Shown: piece after piece, positions 39,940 to 62,136 of the stretch
Layout: each line of letters opens with the position of its first letter
Position numbering within the stretch: position 1 is the first letter of the stretch
NCBI GenBank assembly: GCA_963729625.1
Contig: CAVSOU010000010.1
Span: forward strand, 32,001-96,000
Direction of reading: 5' to 3'
Source: an uncultured bacterium
GTDB taxonomy: Bacteria > Chloroflexota > UBA5177 > JANWHV01
Length of the DNA stretch: 64,000 nucleotides
The notes under the pieces: model-generated
The model's database searches: none
What the model was told of the DNA's origin: nothing
The model's input: only the letters and a program-made list of their open reading frames with translations
Translations under genes and position numbers: made by a program

Positions 39940-40392
39940 TCAGGGGCGCACGGTGGGAACTCTTCGTGTGCGGTATTGCTCGACCACTTTGAGGCGAGCA
40001 GTCGCTCGCATCAACGCAGCTTCGGCACGTGCGGCGTCGACGTTCGCCTCGCGCTGGGCCAATCGCTCCTGGGCGCGCTGGAGCGCGGCTTCAGCGCGTG
40101 AAACGTCGATGTTTTCGGCCGGTTCTGCGGCATTGGCGAGCACGATCGCCGCGCTGCCTTCATTCTCATTGCGTACCTCGAGGAAGCCTCCGGTGACTGC
40201 GAACACCTTCTCAGTCTGTCCTTGCTCGACTCGAAGCTCGCCCGGCTTCAGGGTTGTCACGAGGGGAATGTGACGCGCCTGGATGCCCAACTCACCCGCG
40301 CCGCCGGGCGCAATGATGAGGTCGGCCTCCTCGTCGAAAATCTGAGCATCGGCAGTCACGATGCGAAGATGCACCTTGTGGGCATGCGCCAT
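39940..40392 (-). CDS. atpC: ATP synthase epsilon
   Basis: GELGI..RHIPL, GGFLEV, C-terminal helices. Confidence 0.95.
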   Translation of the reverse strand: MAHAHKVHLRIVTADAQIFDEEADLIIAPGGAGELGIQARHIPLVTTLKPGELRVEQGQTEKVFAVTGGFLEVRNENEGSAAIVLANAAEPAENIDVSRAEAALQRAQERLAQREANVDAARAEAALMRATARLKVVEQYRTRRVPTVRP

Positions 40393-40536
40393 GTCGGGTC
40401 CTCCGTAAGTGGGCCGGCCCACAGCATTTCCGGCAAATTTCTTCCGAAAGTACCATCGCTGCATCGTTGGGAGGGCCGGTCAAACTAGTCACCCCAGCCT
40501 TCAATGTGGTCGTCATGAAGGTGGCGGACGTCAACG

Positions 40537-41964
<1,428 letters not shown>

Positions 41965-42001
41965 TCATACTCTCCATCTCCATCACTCTGTCCACGTGCG
42001 G

Positions 42002-42850
42002 CTAGCTCAAGGCCGCCGCGCCCGCGGCAATCTCAGCGATTTCGCTCGTAATCGCAGCTTGGCGAGCCTTGTTCAACGCGAGTGTGAGGTCCTGAGTCAG
42101 CTCATTCGCGCTGTCAGTAGCGTTGCGCATGGCTACCATTTTGGCGCTTAGCTCGCTGGCCTTCGACTCCAGCAGTGCCTGGTACAGGCGCGTTACGACG
42201 TAGCGCGGAAGCAGCTCGGCCAGAACGGCGTTCTCGTCCGGCTCGTACAAGTAGCGTATCGGCGAGGCAACTTCCTCAGGCGGTATGACAGGCAAAAGCT
42301 GCTCGATCACCGCCTGCTGATTGAGCGTGCTGATAAACTTGGAGTACGCCAGCAGCACCAGGTCTACCTGTGATTCGCTATACACGTCGGTCACAATCTG
42401 GGCGGGCACCAGCACCTCGTTGACGGTTGGCGAGTCAGGGAGCCCGGTGTACTCGGCCAACAACGGAGTCGATGTGCGGCGCGCGAAATCGCGGGCCTTC
42501 CGGCCAATAGCGAGCATGGAGACTCCGCCACCCCTCGCCTGAACCTCGCGGCCGACTTTGCGATGAAGGTTGCTAATCAGCGAACCGCAAAGGCCTCGAT
42601 CTGGACACACCTCCACAATGAGTATCTTCTGCACCGGTCGCTCCGCGAGGAGGGGATGCCGCGGTCCGCCTTTCTGTGATGCAAGGCCCGACATGATCTG
42701 CCGCAACGCATCAGCATACGGGCGAGACTGGATGACACGGTTCTGAGCACCGCGCATCCGCGCCGCCGCGACCAACTGCATCGCCCTGGTGATCTTGGCG
42801 ATATTCTTGACGCTGCGGATGCGGCGCCTGATCTCGCGTGCCGTGGCCAC
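42002..42850 (-). CDS. atpG: ATP synthase gamma
   Basis: KITRAM, DRGLCG, NKARQAAITSEI. Confidence 0.98.
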   Translation of the reverse strand: MATAREIRRRIRSVKNIAKITRAMQLVAAARMRGAQNRVIQSRPYADALRQIMSGLASQKGGPRHPLLAERPVQKILIVEVCPDRGLCGSLISNLHRKVGREVQARGGGVSMLAIGRKARDFARRTSTPLLAEYTGLPDSPTVNEVLVPAQIVTDVYSESQVDLVLLAYSKFISTLNQQAVIEQLLPVIPPEEVASPIRYLYEPDENAVLAELLPRYVVTRLYQALLESKASELSAKMVAMRNATDSANELTQDLTLALNKARQAAITSEIAEIAAGAAALS

Positions 42851-42901
42851 CTGTATTGTTCCCCCTTCTGCATTCGCCCCAACGGGGCTCGTGCCGAGAG
42901 C

Positions 42902-44410
42902 CTAAAACGCCGAAGACTGCCTGAAGGTCTTTACCGCGTCCCTCAGCTTCACTTCAGTCTCAGTCGTGATTTCTCGCTTAGCGGCGATATCTTCCAGAAT
43001 GGCCTTGTGGTTGTTCTCCAGATACAGGTGATACGCGGCTTCGGCGTCTGCCATCCTGTCCAACGGAATATCGTCGAAGTAGCCGTTGACACCAGCGAAA
43101 ATAAGCGTGACCTGCTTCTCAAGCGAGATCGGCAAGAGTTGCGGCTGCTTGAGCAGCTCGGTCATATGCTGGCCGCGGTTCAGCGTGTTCCGCGTCGCCT
43201 TATCCAGGTCCGAGCCGAACTGGCTGAACGCCGCGAGCTCCTGGTACTGCGCGAGATCGAGCTTGAGCTGGCCGGCTACCTGCTTCATGGCTTTGGTCTG
43301 CGCGCTGCTTCCCACGCGTGAGACTGAGATACCGACGTTGATCGCCGGACGGATACCGGCATTGAAGAGGTCGATCTCCAGGAAGATCTGGCCGTCTGTT
43401 ATGGAAATGACGTTCGTTGGAATGTATGCTGACACATCGCCCTGCTGCGTCTCAATAATAGGCAGGGCAGTCAGCGATCCGCCACCGTACTTGTCATTCA
43501 GACGAGCCGCGCGCTCGAGAAGGCGAGAGTGCAGGTAAAATACGTCACCAGGAAAGGCCTCGCGGCCAGGCGGTCGCCGCAGGAGGAGAGACACCTGTCG
43601 ATACGCCTGTGCATGCTTGGTGAGGTCATCGTAGATGATAAGGGCATCACCACCCTGCTCCATGAAGTGCTCGCCAATCGCCGCGCCCGAAAATGGAGCG
43701 ATATACTGCAGTGCCGCGGACTCGGACGCGCTGGCATTGACGATGACCGTGTGCTCGAGCGCGTTGAAACTCTCCAGGATCGCCGCCAGCTCTGCCACGT
43801 TTGACTTCTTCTGGCCGATGGCAACGTAGATGCAGGCGACTCCAGTGCCGCGCTGATTGACAATTGTGTCGACAGCTATTGCGGTCTTGCCCGTCTTGCG
43901 ATCGCCGATGATCAGCTCGCGCTGGCCACGCCCGATAGGCAGCATCGAATCAATTGCCTTGATGCCGGTGGCCAGAGGCACTTTCACCGACTGGCGGGTT
44001 ACAACGCCTGGAGCGACGCGCTCGACAGGCCTGCGTTCAATGAACTCGATCGGGCCCTTTCCATCGATTGGGTTCCCCAGTGGATCGATGACTCGCCCGA
44101 GCAGGCCCTTACCGACCGGCACGGACACGACGCGGCCGGTGCTCTTGACTTCCTGGCCTTCCTGAATCCCTTCGTAGTCACCGAGGATGATGACGCCGAC
44201 CGAGTCCTCCTCGAGGTTTGACGCCATGCCCATGACTCCACTGGGAAACTCGACAAGCTCGCTGTTCATGACGCCCTGCAAGCCGTAGACCTGGGCCACG
44301 CCGTCGCCAACCTCGATGACGGTGCCTACGCTCACCGCAGAGCTCGATTCCGCGAAATGCTCGATCTGATCCTTTATCACCGCGGTGATCTCATCTGCCC
44401 GTATTGCCAT
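42902..44410 (-). CDS. atpA: ATP synthase alpha
   Basis: [18 protein letters not shown]. Confidence 0.99.
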   Translation of the reverse strand: MAIRADEITAVIKDQIEHFAESSSAVSVGTVIEVGDGVAQVYGLQGVMNSELVEFPSGVMGMASNLEEDSVGVIILGDYEGIQEGQEVKSTGRVVSVPVGKGLLGRVIDPLGNPIDGKGPIEFIERRPVERVAPGVVTRQSVKVPLATGIKAIDSMLPIGRGQRELIIGDRKTGKTAIAVDTIVNQRGTGVACIYVAIGQKKSNVAELAAILESFNALEHTVIVNASASESAALQYIAPFSGAAIGEHFMEQGGDALIIYDDLTKHAQAYRQVSLLLRRPPGREAFPGDVFYLHSRLLERAARLNDKYGGGSLTALPIIETQQGDVSAYIPTNVISITDGQIFLEIDLFNAGIRPAINVGISVSRVGSSAQTKAMKQVAGQLKLDLAQYQELAAFSQFGSDLDKATRNTLNRGQHMTELLKQPQLLPISLEKQVTLIFAGVNGYFDDIPLDRMADAEAAYHLYLENNHKAILEDIAAKREITTETEVKLRDAVKTFRQSSAF

Positions 44411-44458
44411 TTGTTTCTTCGCTCCTACTGCCGTCGAACGCTCAGGCTGCCGCTGCCG

Positions 44459-45001
44459 TCAAGCGCGACGGCCGATGACCTGGCTGCGCATGCGATTGAG
44501 CTTCCCGACAATGCTGAGGTCAAGCAGCTGATCCTCGACCTTGATGACGAGCCCTCCAAGGATGTCTGGGTTGATTTGGATCTCTAGCTGGACGTCCTTA
44601 CCGGTCTGACCGGCGAGCAGTGCCCGAAGTTCGTTCGTCTCCTCCGCAGTCAGCTCACATGTAGAGGTCACGTGTGCCACCACTTGGTCGTCGCGCTGGC
44701 GTTCCAGATCGACGAAGTGGCGCGCAATATAGGGAATCAACGACGTCCGCCCGCGCGTTACAAGCAGCAGTAGCATATTCAGTGGTCGGGGGCTGAGGTG
44801 CTCGCCAAGGTGCTGGCGGCATCGGTTGAGGCGTTCGTGTTTGCTGACGCGCGCGTCCTCAAAATAGGCGCGGCGATCCGCGTCCTTCCAGAGCTCGGCC
44901 AAAAGCGCCAGATCGTGTTCCCAGATCCCGAGATCACCGTACTGAAGGCCAAGCTCCAGCGCAGCTTGAGCGTATCGCCGAGCCGAGGTGATGCTTGCCA
45001 T
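44459..45001 (-). CDS. atpH: ATP synthase delta
   Basis: ARRYAQA, ILGGLVI..D...DLS. Confidence 0.95.
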   Translation of the reverse strand: MASITSARRYAQAALELGLQYGDLGIWEHDLALLAELWKDADRRAYFEDARVSKHERLNRCRQHLGEHLSPRPLNMLLLLVTRGRTSLIPYIARHFVDLERQRDDQVVAHVTSTCELTAEETNELRALLAGQTGKDVQLEIQINPDILGGLVIKVEDQLLDLSIVGKLNRMRSQVIGRRA

Positions 45002-45532
45002 TTATGATGGCCTGCCCACGGAGAGGCTGTTCGCCTCGGCAATCGCTTGCGCGATCAATCGCCGGTTGTCGGTCGTGTCCAGTGACTTCTCGACCACGCG
45101 CGTGGCGGCCAACAGCGCAAGATCTGCAGTCACTTTCCGCAGATCGTCAATTGCCGCCTGCCGCTCGCGGTCGATCTCGATGCGTCCACGGTCGATCACT
45201 TTTTGGGCTTCGGCTTTCGCCTCGGCGACGATTTGCCCGCGAAGACCGGTCGCGGTCTGGGAGGCCTGGCGCAAGATCTCCTGGGCCTGCGCCCGGGCCT
45301 CGGCGAGCTGGTCGTCGGTTCTGACTTGCGCTTCCTCAGCCGCTTTGCGAGCTTCCTCTGCCGCGGCGAGCCCGGTCCGAATCGTGTTCGCGCGCGCGTC
45401 CATCGCGGTTGTCACGGGATTGTAAAGGAATCGCACGAGCACATACAGAATCAGCGCGAATGCAATGAGCTGTGCGAGAAACGTCCAGTCGATACTGACC
45501 AGATCTTGCGAGAGTATGAGGGGCTTCAGCAT
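45002..45532 (-). CDS. atpF: ATP synthase b
   Basis: N-terminal TM, long coiled coil, operon position. Confidence 0.95.
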   Translation of the reverse strand: MLKPLILSQDLVSIDWTFLAQLIAFALILYVLVRFLYNPVTTAMDARANTIRTGLAAAEEARKAAEEAQVRTDDQLAEARAQAQEILRQASQTATGLRGQIVAEAKAEAQKVIDRGRIEIDRERQAAIDDLRKVTADLALLAATRVVEKSLDTTDNRRLIAQAIAEANSLSVGRPS

Positions 45533-45547
45533 CGAGATCCCTCCGAC

Positions 45548-45835
45548 CTAGGCAAGGCCTTTGGTGAACAGCACCAGGAGTCCAAACACAAGTGCGATGA
45601 TCGGGAACGAGTCGACGATGCCGACGAACAGAAAGGTCAGAGTCAGAAGCGCGCCTCGCGATTCAGGTTGACGAGCCACACCCTCGATCGTACGGCTGGT
45701 AACCAGCGCGTCGCCGATGCCCGCCCCTACCGCGGCGCCCGCGAATATCAAGCCACCGCCGATCAATCCCGCCGCAGAAACGACTTGGGCGCCTGTAATG
45801 CCGGTGCTGGCCGCCAGAAGTACCAATTGGCTCAT
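45548..45835 (-). CDS. atpE: ATP synthase c
   Basis: GAGIG, ARQPE, VGIVDSFP. Confidence 0.96.
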   Translation of the reverse strand: MSQLVLLAASTGITGAQVVSAAGLIGGGLIFAGAAVGAGIGDALVTSRTIEGVARQPESRGALLTLTFLFVGIVDSFPIIALVFGLLVLFTKGLA

Positions 45836-46022
45836 GTCTCGCCTCTCACTACTACTCGATCAAGTACCACCAGAGTGGAACTACGTTCGGTGTACCGCGA
45901 TATCCCAGCCTGCGCCACCGCGCCGGCGCATGCTATTTGCCTCTACCGGGTTGCCAGGATTCCAGTTCCAATCCCGTGGCCCTAAGAAACCTGTGCCTGC
46001 TGCTCACACGAGCGCGACGTCC

Positions 46023-46781
46023 TCAGTGACCCTCAGTATCCGTGCCGATGCCAAAATACGCAATTGTGAGCATGACAAAGACGAAAGCCTGCACGGCACC
46101 GACAAAGATGCTAAATCCCAACCAAATGAAGGACCAGGTCGGTGCCAGCACAAACTGCAGCCACACCGGAGCACTGGCGACGATGACAAGCATGATCTCG
46201 CCCGACGCGATATTACCAAAGAGCCGTAGCGAGAGCGTCACAGGCTTTGAAAGCTCCTCCACGACAAGGATCGGCGCCAGCAATGGCGGCGTTACGAAGT
46301 GCTTGAAAAAGCCCTTCGCCCTGCGGGCTCTGAAGGACTTCACTTCGACATAGCCGATCACGGTCAGTGCGAGCGCAAACGTCGTATTCATGTCCGCCGT
46401 GGGCGACTTAAACAGTCCACCTGAGGGGATAAGGCCCACCAGGTTGCTCAAGAACACGAACAGCGCAAGCGTGAACGCAAGGGGTGCGACCACCCGAGCG
46501 CGCGCCTCGCCGATCTGGCCCTTTGCGGTGTCGATGACGAACTCGAGAATCAGCTCGACGAAGTTTTGCACCGGTCCGGGCACACCGCTGGTCAATTTCC
46601 TGCGCACGGCGACGGCGAGAAGAATGAGCACAGCGGCAACGAGCGCCGTACTGAGCATGGTATCCAGGTGCAGCACGTCACCGACAAGCGCCCCCTGCTT
46701 GGGGTTCGGTCCAACACTCCAATGCTTGCCGATCTCCGTTGAGACGTCTGCCAGCAGCGGTAAGGGTACCGGGATGCTCAC
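46023..46781 (-). CDS. atpB: ATP synthase a
   Basis: PTAD.N, LSLRLFGN, QAFVF.ML. Confidence 0.96.
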   Translation of the reverse strand: MSIPVPLPLLADVSTEIGKHWSVGPNPKQGALVGDVLHLDTMLSTALVAAVLILLAVAVRRKLTSGVPGPVQNFVELILEFVIDTAKGQIGEARARVVAPLAFTLALFVFLSNLVGLIPSGGLFKSPTADMNTTFALALTVIGYVEVKSFRARRAKGFFKHFVTPPLLAPILVVEELSKPVTLSLRLFGNIASGEIMLVIVASAPVWLQFVLAPTWSFIWLGFSIFVGAVQAFVFVMLTIAYFGIGTDTEGH

Positions 46782-46799
46782 GCGTGTTTCTTCCTCTCC

Positions 46800-47174
46800 C
46801 TAGAGATCCGAACGCAAGAGGTACCGCGCACCGACTACATTTGCCACGACGATGGGATAAACGATCCCGACAAGCACCGCGCCGAAACTCAACGTCGAGT
46901 GCAGCCTGATTGCCATGACCGTCGCCAGGCCGATCATGAGGAATCGCATGAACGTGCCCGTCCGCATCATGATAGCGGTCTCGCGCGCCGAACCAAAAGC
47001 GCCGATTCGCGCAACCCGATTGGCCAACATCATCTCGTTGCAGACGCCGACCGCAGTGCCGAAGAGCAGGCCACTTCCCTCACGCGAGTGACCAGTGAGC
47101 CGCAGCATTCCCGCGCATACGAGGCCCACCGCACAGGACACCAAAATGGTTCTGACGACGACGACCCTAAGCAT
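46800..47174 (-). CDS. atpI: ATP synthase protein I
   Basis: Four TM segments, directly upstream of atpB. Confidence 0.7.
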   Translation of the reverse strand: MLRVVVVRTILVSCAVGLVCAGMLRLTGHSREGSGLLFGTAVGVCNEMMLANRVARIGAFGSARETAIMMRTGTFMRFLMIGLATVMAIRLHSTLSFGAVLVGIVYPIVVANVVGARYLLRSDL

Positions 47175-47238
47175 GCACAGAAACGCGAGCCAAGGCGCCG
47201 CCGCCCAGAGGGCTATCCATCACCCGAACCACACCAGT

Positions 47239-47463
47239 CTACTGCAAAACGCGACGAATCAGCAGGTACGCCGAACAGCCGCCTCCAGCGATTCCGAACA
47301 CACTCCCCAGCACGAGCCCTACCGGGCTTATCCCGAGCCTACCGTCGACGTAGCTTCCCAGAAGCACGCAAACCAGCAGTACACATGCAAAATCCAGCCC
47401 GATGGTCGTGGTCAATGCCATCGACCGCGCGAGCTGCGAACCCAAACCACCCGAGGACTTCAT
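47239..47463 (-). CDS. atpZ: AtpZ/AtpI family protein
   Basis: GSYVDGRLGISP..LVLG..FGI motif, first gene of the atp operon. Confidence 0.75.
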   Translation of the reverse strand: MKSSGGLGSQLARSMALTTTIGLDFACVLLVCVLLGSYVDGRLGISPVGLVLGSVFGIAGGGCSAYLLIRRVLQ

Positions 47464-47710
47464 CGGCGATTTGATTCCTCGTTTATGCGTGCTCCAGTGT
47501 ACCATCAGCGTAACCAGCGCTGCAACGGGCCCAAGGTCGCATCAATCCGCCCCTCCTTGCCGCGCTGCGCCCGCTCGCATACACTATTATGGCCGATCTT
47601 TCACAGGGCGATGCTGGTGTTTGCCGTATGAAAGCCTTTACGAACGTGGGCGAGAGTGCAGCCAGCGCACTGGTGACACTGTATCCTAATCATTAAGGAG
47701 ATCTTGGAGC

Positions 47711-47881
47711 ATGGGGAAGACGCACCGCGGTAAGGGCCTCGCAGGCACCCCCGCGCACGGCAGGGGATCGTGCCCGACGTGCGGTCGCACGCGCATCAAG
47801 TTGCTGTATAGCGCGACCAACGGCAGCGAACAAGTGAAGGTGTGCAAGAACTGCCGCAACAAGACGTTTGCGGGCAGGTAG
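47711..47881 (+). CDS. 56-aa basic zinc-ribbon protein (below the ORF-track cutoff)
   Basis: MGKTHRGKG...CPTCGRTRIKLLY...VCKNC. TAAGGAG/GGAG SD. Confidence 0.75.
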   Translation: MGKTHRGKGLAGTPAHGRGSCPTCGRTRIKLLYSATNGSEQVKVCKNCRNKTFAGR

Positions 47882-48082
47882 CTCGGGCAGCCCGCTCGCA
47901 ACCTGGCGGTTTAGGTGGGCCAAGCCGCGGACACTATTGATCGTCAGCCGCGTTAGCACGAATGTGCTATCGATCAAGGGATTCCTTCTCGGCGGCCTGT
48001 CGCGTTGAAAGCGAGCGCACTATCTAGCGAGGTGCTCTAGAGCCATCGGTCAGAAGGTTGTCTCGGGACGCATGGAAGCGCC

Positions 48083-48112
48083 TTGCCAAGCGGGGCGTGA
48101 TTGTGTTACCAT
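48083..48112 (+). promoter_or_regulatory. Putative rpoBC promoter
   Basis: TTGCCA-18-TACCAT with TGn extension. Confidence 0.5.
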
Positions 48113-48204
48113 TTTTTGTTGCCGGGTGGAGCGGAGGGTGAGTCTTGCCCTGCGAACCCGGTTGTACCACCCACGATCCTCGAAGTGAAGGAGAGGACAG
48201 CCGT

Positions 48205-51708
<3,504 letters not shown>

Positions 51709-51858
51709 CCGGCAAGCCGGAGCCGCGGCCCTGAGGGTCGACGGCTCCAGCACGGTTTGGCGCCTGATGCACGCAGGTTGGTCACGGGGCAGGTTGCGCC
51801 CTAGCCGCGCTTTCGGACGAATGCCGTTCGTTAGCCCTCAGTCCTACTTGGGGGGAAC

Positions 51859-56814
<4,956 letters not shown>

Positions 56815-56828
56815 TTGGATTGGCTGGA

Positions 56829-56868
56829 AGATCGAGCACCGGCGGGAGCTCCCGCCGGTGCTCGATCT
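56829..56868. terminator. Perfect 40-bp palindrome after rpoC
   Basis: AGATCGAGCACCGGCGGGAG|CTCCCGCCGGTGCTCGATCT. Confidence 0.6.
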
Positions 56869-56956
56869 CACCCGCGTGACAGGCAGCCCGTCTGCCCTGC
56901 AGGTGTATTCCCGCTTGTATCTGGCCGCGAACCTGAGAAGATGGCTGGGCGTGGCG

Positions 56957-56985
56957 TTGACGACGGCGGGGTCTACTGGTAAAAT
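56957..56985 (+). promoter_or_regulatory. str operon promoter
   Basis: TTGACG-17-TAAAAT with TGn. Confidence 0.7.
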
Positions 56986-57091
56986 GGGAAATCGTGGCCA
57001 TAAGTCGGTTGACTTTTTGTCCTCCGGGTAGTGGTTCGGTCAAGCTGTGCCTCCACAAATGACCATCTTGCAAACAAGAGGGATAGGAATC

Positions 57092-57535
57092 GTGCCTACG
57101 ATCCGGCAGTTGGTTCGCAAGGGCCGCGCCCGAACACCGAAGAAGACGGCTGCCCCGGCGCTCCGGTGGGCGTACAACTCACTCGAGCAAAAACCGCTCA
57201 GGCTAAAAGGGGCTCCCCAAAAGCGTGGTGTATGCACACAGGTGAAGACAATCACGCCGAAGAAGCCCAATTCAGCCCTTCGCAAGATAGCGCGCGTTCG
57301 CCTAAGTAACGGCTATGAGGTCACCGCGTACATTCCGGGCGAAGGTCACAATCTGCAGGAGCACTCTGTCGTCTTGATCCGTGGCGGTCGCGTGAAGGAT
57401 CTTCCAGGCGTTCGCTACCATATTGTCCGCGGCACGCTTGATGCCGCGGGTGTCAAGGATCGCAAACAGGGGCGATCAAAGTACGGGGCGAAACGTCCGA
57501 AGGCCGGCGATGCAAAAGCTGGCGGCAAGCGCTAA
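57092..57535 (+). CDS. rpsL: 30S ribosomal protein S12
   Basis: [30 protein letters not shown]. Confidence 0.99.
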   Translation: MPTIRQLVRKGRARTPKKTAAPALRWAYNSLEQKPLRLKGAPQKRGVCTQVKTITPKKPNSALRKIARVRLSNGYEVTAYIPGEGHNLQEHSVVLIRGGRVKDLPGVRYHIVRGTLDAAGVKDRKQGRSKYGAKRPKAGDAKAGGKR

Positions 57536-57753
57536 GTGATTGGCGGGCCCTGTTCCGGCGCCTGAGTGACGCACCGGGACATAGCTAGCGGATGGCACGT
57601 CCAGAGGCACTGCGGGGAGGTCGGTTGGACTGATCTCTCTCGTCAGTGCCTCTGGCTGTGCCAGAGACGTTGGGGAGAAACGGTACTGGGGGTGGGCGCG
57701 ATGCGCGTCCACACATCGCAGGGCAATTGTTGTGGTTGATTAGGGGGATCGAG

Positions 57754-58224
57754 ATGCCGCGTCGCGCACGCGTTAGCCGTCGAGTGTTGACACCGGATGC
57801 ACGGTTTGCGAGCAAGACTGTTTCGAAGTTCATCAATTGTCTGATGAAGGGTGGAAAGAAGTCCATCTCTGAAGGCATTTTCTATGGAGCCATGGACCAA
57901 ATCGAGCACCAAACCCATAAGCCTCCGATGGACACATTTGACCTGGCCATGCGAAATGCCACTCCTATCCTGGAAGTGAAGCCGCGGCGCGTAGGTGGTT
58001 CCACGTACCAGGTGCCGGTCGAAATACGCGGCGATCGCCGCACGGCGCTGGCCATGCGCTGGCTGATTCGCTCTGCCCGAGCTCGGTCCGGGAAATCGAT
58101 GGCAGACAAGCTGGCTGCAGAGCTTCGCGATGCAGCCAACGGAACTGGCGCAACCGTGAAACGACGAGAAGACACACATAAGATGGCGGAGTCTAACAAG
58201 GCATACGCCCACTATCGTTGGTAG
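57754..58224 (+). CDS. rpsG: 30S ribosomal protein S7
   Basis: MPRR, RRVGGSTYQVP, HKMAESNKAYAHYRW. Confidence 0.99.
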   Translation: MPRRARVSRRVLTPDARFASKTVSKFINCLMKGGKKSISEGIFYGAMDQIEHQTHKPPMDTFDLAMRNATPILEVKPRRVGGSTYQVPVEIRGDRRTALAMRWLIRSARARSGKSMADKLAAELRDAANGTGATVKRREDTHKMAESNKAYAHYRW

Positions 58225-58306
58225 TATTCGGGGTTGTCATGCGCGTTGGGTAGAGCCGACGTGCTCGGGGTGACCGCGGACGCTCTATCGAACCAGGGAG
58301 ATAAGC

Positions 58307-60388
58307 ATGCCTCGCGCTGTTCCGCTCGAGCGGACAAGAAACATTGGCATCATCGCTCATATCGATGCGGGTAAGACCACGACGACGGAGCGCATCCTGT
58401 TCTATACCGGTCGCATCCATAAGGTCGGCGAGGTCCACGAGGGCGCCGCCACGATGGACTGGATGGAGCAGGAGAAGGAACGCGGCATTACGATTACGTC
58501 TGCGGCTACCACGTGCTTCTGGAATGAGCATCGTATCAACATTATCGATACCCCGGGCCATGTCGACTTCACGGCTGAAGTAGAGCGATCGCTGCGCGTC
58601 CTCGATGGGGGAGTAGTCGTACTAGACGGCGTAGCAGGTGTCGAACCGCAATCCGAAAAGGTGTGGCGTCAGGCCGATAGATACAATGTGCCTCGAATCG
58701 TCTTCGCCAATAAGATGGATCGCACCGGCGCCGATTTCTGGCGTTGTGTCGCTATGCTCAAAGAGCGGCTGGGCGCGAATTCGGTGCCGGCGCAGCTTCC
58801 GATCGGCATCGAGGCGACATTCCGGGGCATCATCGACCTTATGGAGATGAAGGCCACGCTCTACCACGACGAGCGTGGAGCGAACTACACGGTCGAGGAG
58901 ATTCCGTCGGATCTTCGTGAGGAGGCGCAGAAACATCACGAGATCCTGGTCGAAAAGATTATCGAGTCGGCCGGCGACGACGAGCTGCTTGGCCGCTTCC
59001 TCGAGGGTGATTCGTTCTCAATGAGCGAGCTGAAGGCCGCTCTGAGAAAAGGCGTCCTTGCGGGCAGTATTAGCCCCGTATTTTGTGGCTCCGCCCTTCG
59101 CAACAAAGGCGTGCAGCCGATGTTGGACGCCGTGATAGACTACCTCCCATCACCCCTCGACCTTCCACCTGTGGAGGGCATAGACCCGTCTACGGACGAG
59201 ACTGTATCGCGATCCGCCTCCGAGGCGGAGCCGTTTGCCGCGCTGGCATTTAAGATCGTCTCCGACCCGTATGTTGGACGGCTCTGCTACTTCCGAGTGT
59301 ATTCAGGCAAGCTCTCAGCGGGCTCGTACCTGCTCAATTCGTCGAAGCACAACCGCGAGCGAGTCGGTCGCTTGCTGCAAATGCATGCTGACCACCGCGA
59401 GGACATTACAGAGGTGTATGCGGGCGACATTGCCGCGGTAGTCGGACTGAAGAATACGTTTACCGGCGATACGCTGTGCGATCCTGCCGCCCCCGTGATC
59501 CTCGAGGCGATCAAGTTCGCTGAGCCGGTGATCTCCGTGGCGATCGAGCCGAAGTCAAAACCCGATCAGGACAAGATGGGCAATGCGTTGACCCGCCTTG
59601 CGGAGGAAGACCCGACCTTCCGCGTGCGGACCGACGAGGAGACAAACCAGACAATCATTTCCGGCATGGGCGAGCTGCACCTCGAGATCATGGTGGATCG
59701 CATGCGCCGAGAGTTCAGCGTGAACGCGAATACCGGACGCCCACAGGTTGCGTATCGCGAAGCCATTACCTCCACGGCGCAGCAACACCATCGGTACGCT
59801 CGCCAGTCAGGAGGCAAGGGCCAGTTCGCCGACGTGTGGATCGAAGTTTCCCCTCTCGAGCGCGGCGCCGGCTACGTGTTCGAAGACAAGATTACAGGCG
59901 GCGCCATTCCACGCGAGTTCATCCCTGCCGTCAAAGAGGGCGCGTTCGAGGCGGCGCGGAATGGCGTGATTGCCGGGTATCCCTTGGTAGACATCAAAGT
60001 CAAATTGTTCGACGGCACATTCCATGAGGTCGACTCATCCGAGCAGGCGTTCCACATCGCCGGATCGATTGCACTGAAGGAAGCCGTGCGCAAGGCGAGC
60101 CCAACGATTCTCGAACCAGTCATGCGGGTAGAGGTGAATACACCCGAAGACTTCATGGGCGAAATCATGGGGGACCTGACGTCGAGGCGCGGACACATCG
60201 AAGCCATGGATCAGCTCGGTAATGGCAGAATCATCCGGGCGCTGGTTCCATTGTCGGAGATGTTCGGATATACTACTTCGTTGCGGTCCATGACACAGGG
60301 TCGGGCGCAGAACACCATGGAGCCCTCGCACTACGACTTCGTGCCGAGAAACATCTACGAGGAACTCACGCAGAAGGCCAAGGTGTAA
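58307..60388 (+). CDS. fusA: Elongation factor G
   Basis: [18 protein letters not shown]. Confidence 0.99.
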   Translation: MPRAVPLERTRNIGIIAHIDAGKTTTTERILFYTGRIHKVGEVHEGAATMDWMEQEKERGITITSAATTCFWNEHRINIIDTPGHVDFTAEVERSLRVLDGGVVVLDGVAGVEPQSEKVWRQADRYNVPRIVFANKMDRTGADFWRCVAMLKERLGANSVPAQLPIGIEATFRGIIDLMEMKATLYHDERGANYTVEEIPSDLREEAQKHHEILVEKIIESAGDDELLGRFLEGDSFSMSELKAALRKGVLAGSISPVFCGSALRNKGVQPMLDAVIDYLPSPLDLPPVEGIDPSTDETVSRSASEAEPFAALAFKIVSDPYVGRLCYFRVYSGKLSAGSYLLNSSKHNRERVGRLLQMHADHREDITEVYAGDIAAVVGLKNTFTGDTLCDPAAPVILEAIKFAEPVISVAIEPKSKPDQDKMGNALTRLAEEDPTFRVRTDEETNQTIISGMGELHLEIMVDRMRREFSVNANTGRPQVAYREAITSTAQQHHRYARQSGGKGQFADVWIEVSPLERGAGYVFEDKITGGAIPREFIPAVKEGAFEAARNGVIAGYPLVDIKVKLFDGTFHEVDSSEQAFHIAGSIALKEAVRKASPTILEPVMRVEVNTPEDFMGEIMGDLTSRRGHIEAMDQLGNGRIIRALVPLSEMFGYTTSLRSMTQGRAQNTMEPSHYDFVPRNIYEELTQKAKV

Positions 60389-60538
60389 TCGTGCTGTTCA
60401 AGGATTCGGCTGGCTTCGCTGGGCCGGCCCCAGACGGTGCAACCTCTGTAAAACGCATGTCACGTCTGGCGATACAAGGGTGCGCGGGGCGGTTGGTACT
60501 GCAGCTGCCCATGGGTATTGAGGATACGGGAGAGAGTA

Positions 60539-61744
<1,206 letters not shown>

Positions 61745-61813
61745 CCCCTACGGTCGAGCCGCCGATGTCACATGAGGCTCCGGCGGCCTAGCCTGAGGGG
61801 TGGAAGGAGTAAA

Positions 61814-62122
61814 ATGGCCAAGCAACGCATTCGCATCCGGCTCAAGGCATACGATCACAAGGTTCTAGACCAGTCTGCTCGACAGATTGTGGAAACCGCC
61901 CAGCGTACTGGCGCGGAAGTGTCGGGCCCGGTTCCCCTTCCGACTGACATCCAGCGCTTCACGGTGATCCGGTCGCCTTTCATCGACAAGGACTCTCGGG
62001 AGCAGTTTGAAATCCGGACTCATAAGCGACTGATTGATGTTCTGGATCCCAATCCGCGCACGCTTGAGTCGCTCGCGAAACTGTCGTTGCCAGCCGGCGT
62101 CGACATCGAGATGAAGCTGTAG
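61814..62122 (+). CDS. rpsJ: 30S ribosomal protein S10
   Basis: [23 protein letters not shown]. Confidence 0.99.
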   Translation: MAKQRIRIRLKAYDHKVLDQSARQIVETAQRTGAEVSGPVPLPTDIQRFTVIRSPFIDKDSREQFEIRTHKRLIDVLDPNPRTLESLAKLSLPAGVDIEMKL

Positions 62123-62136
62123 CTGGAGAGAAGCTG

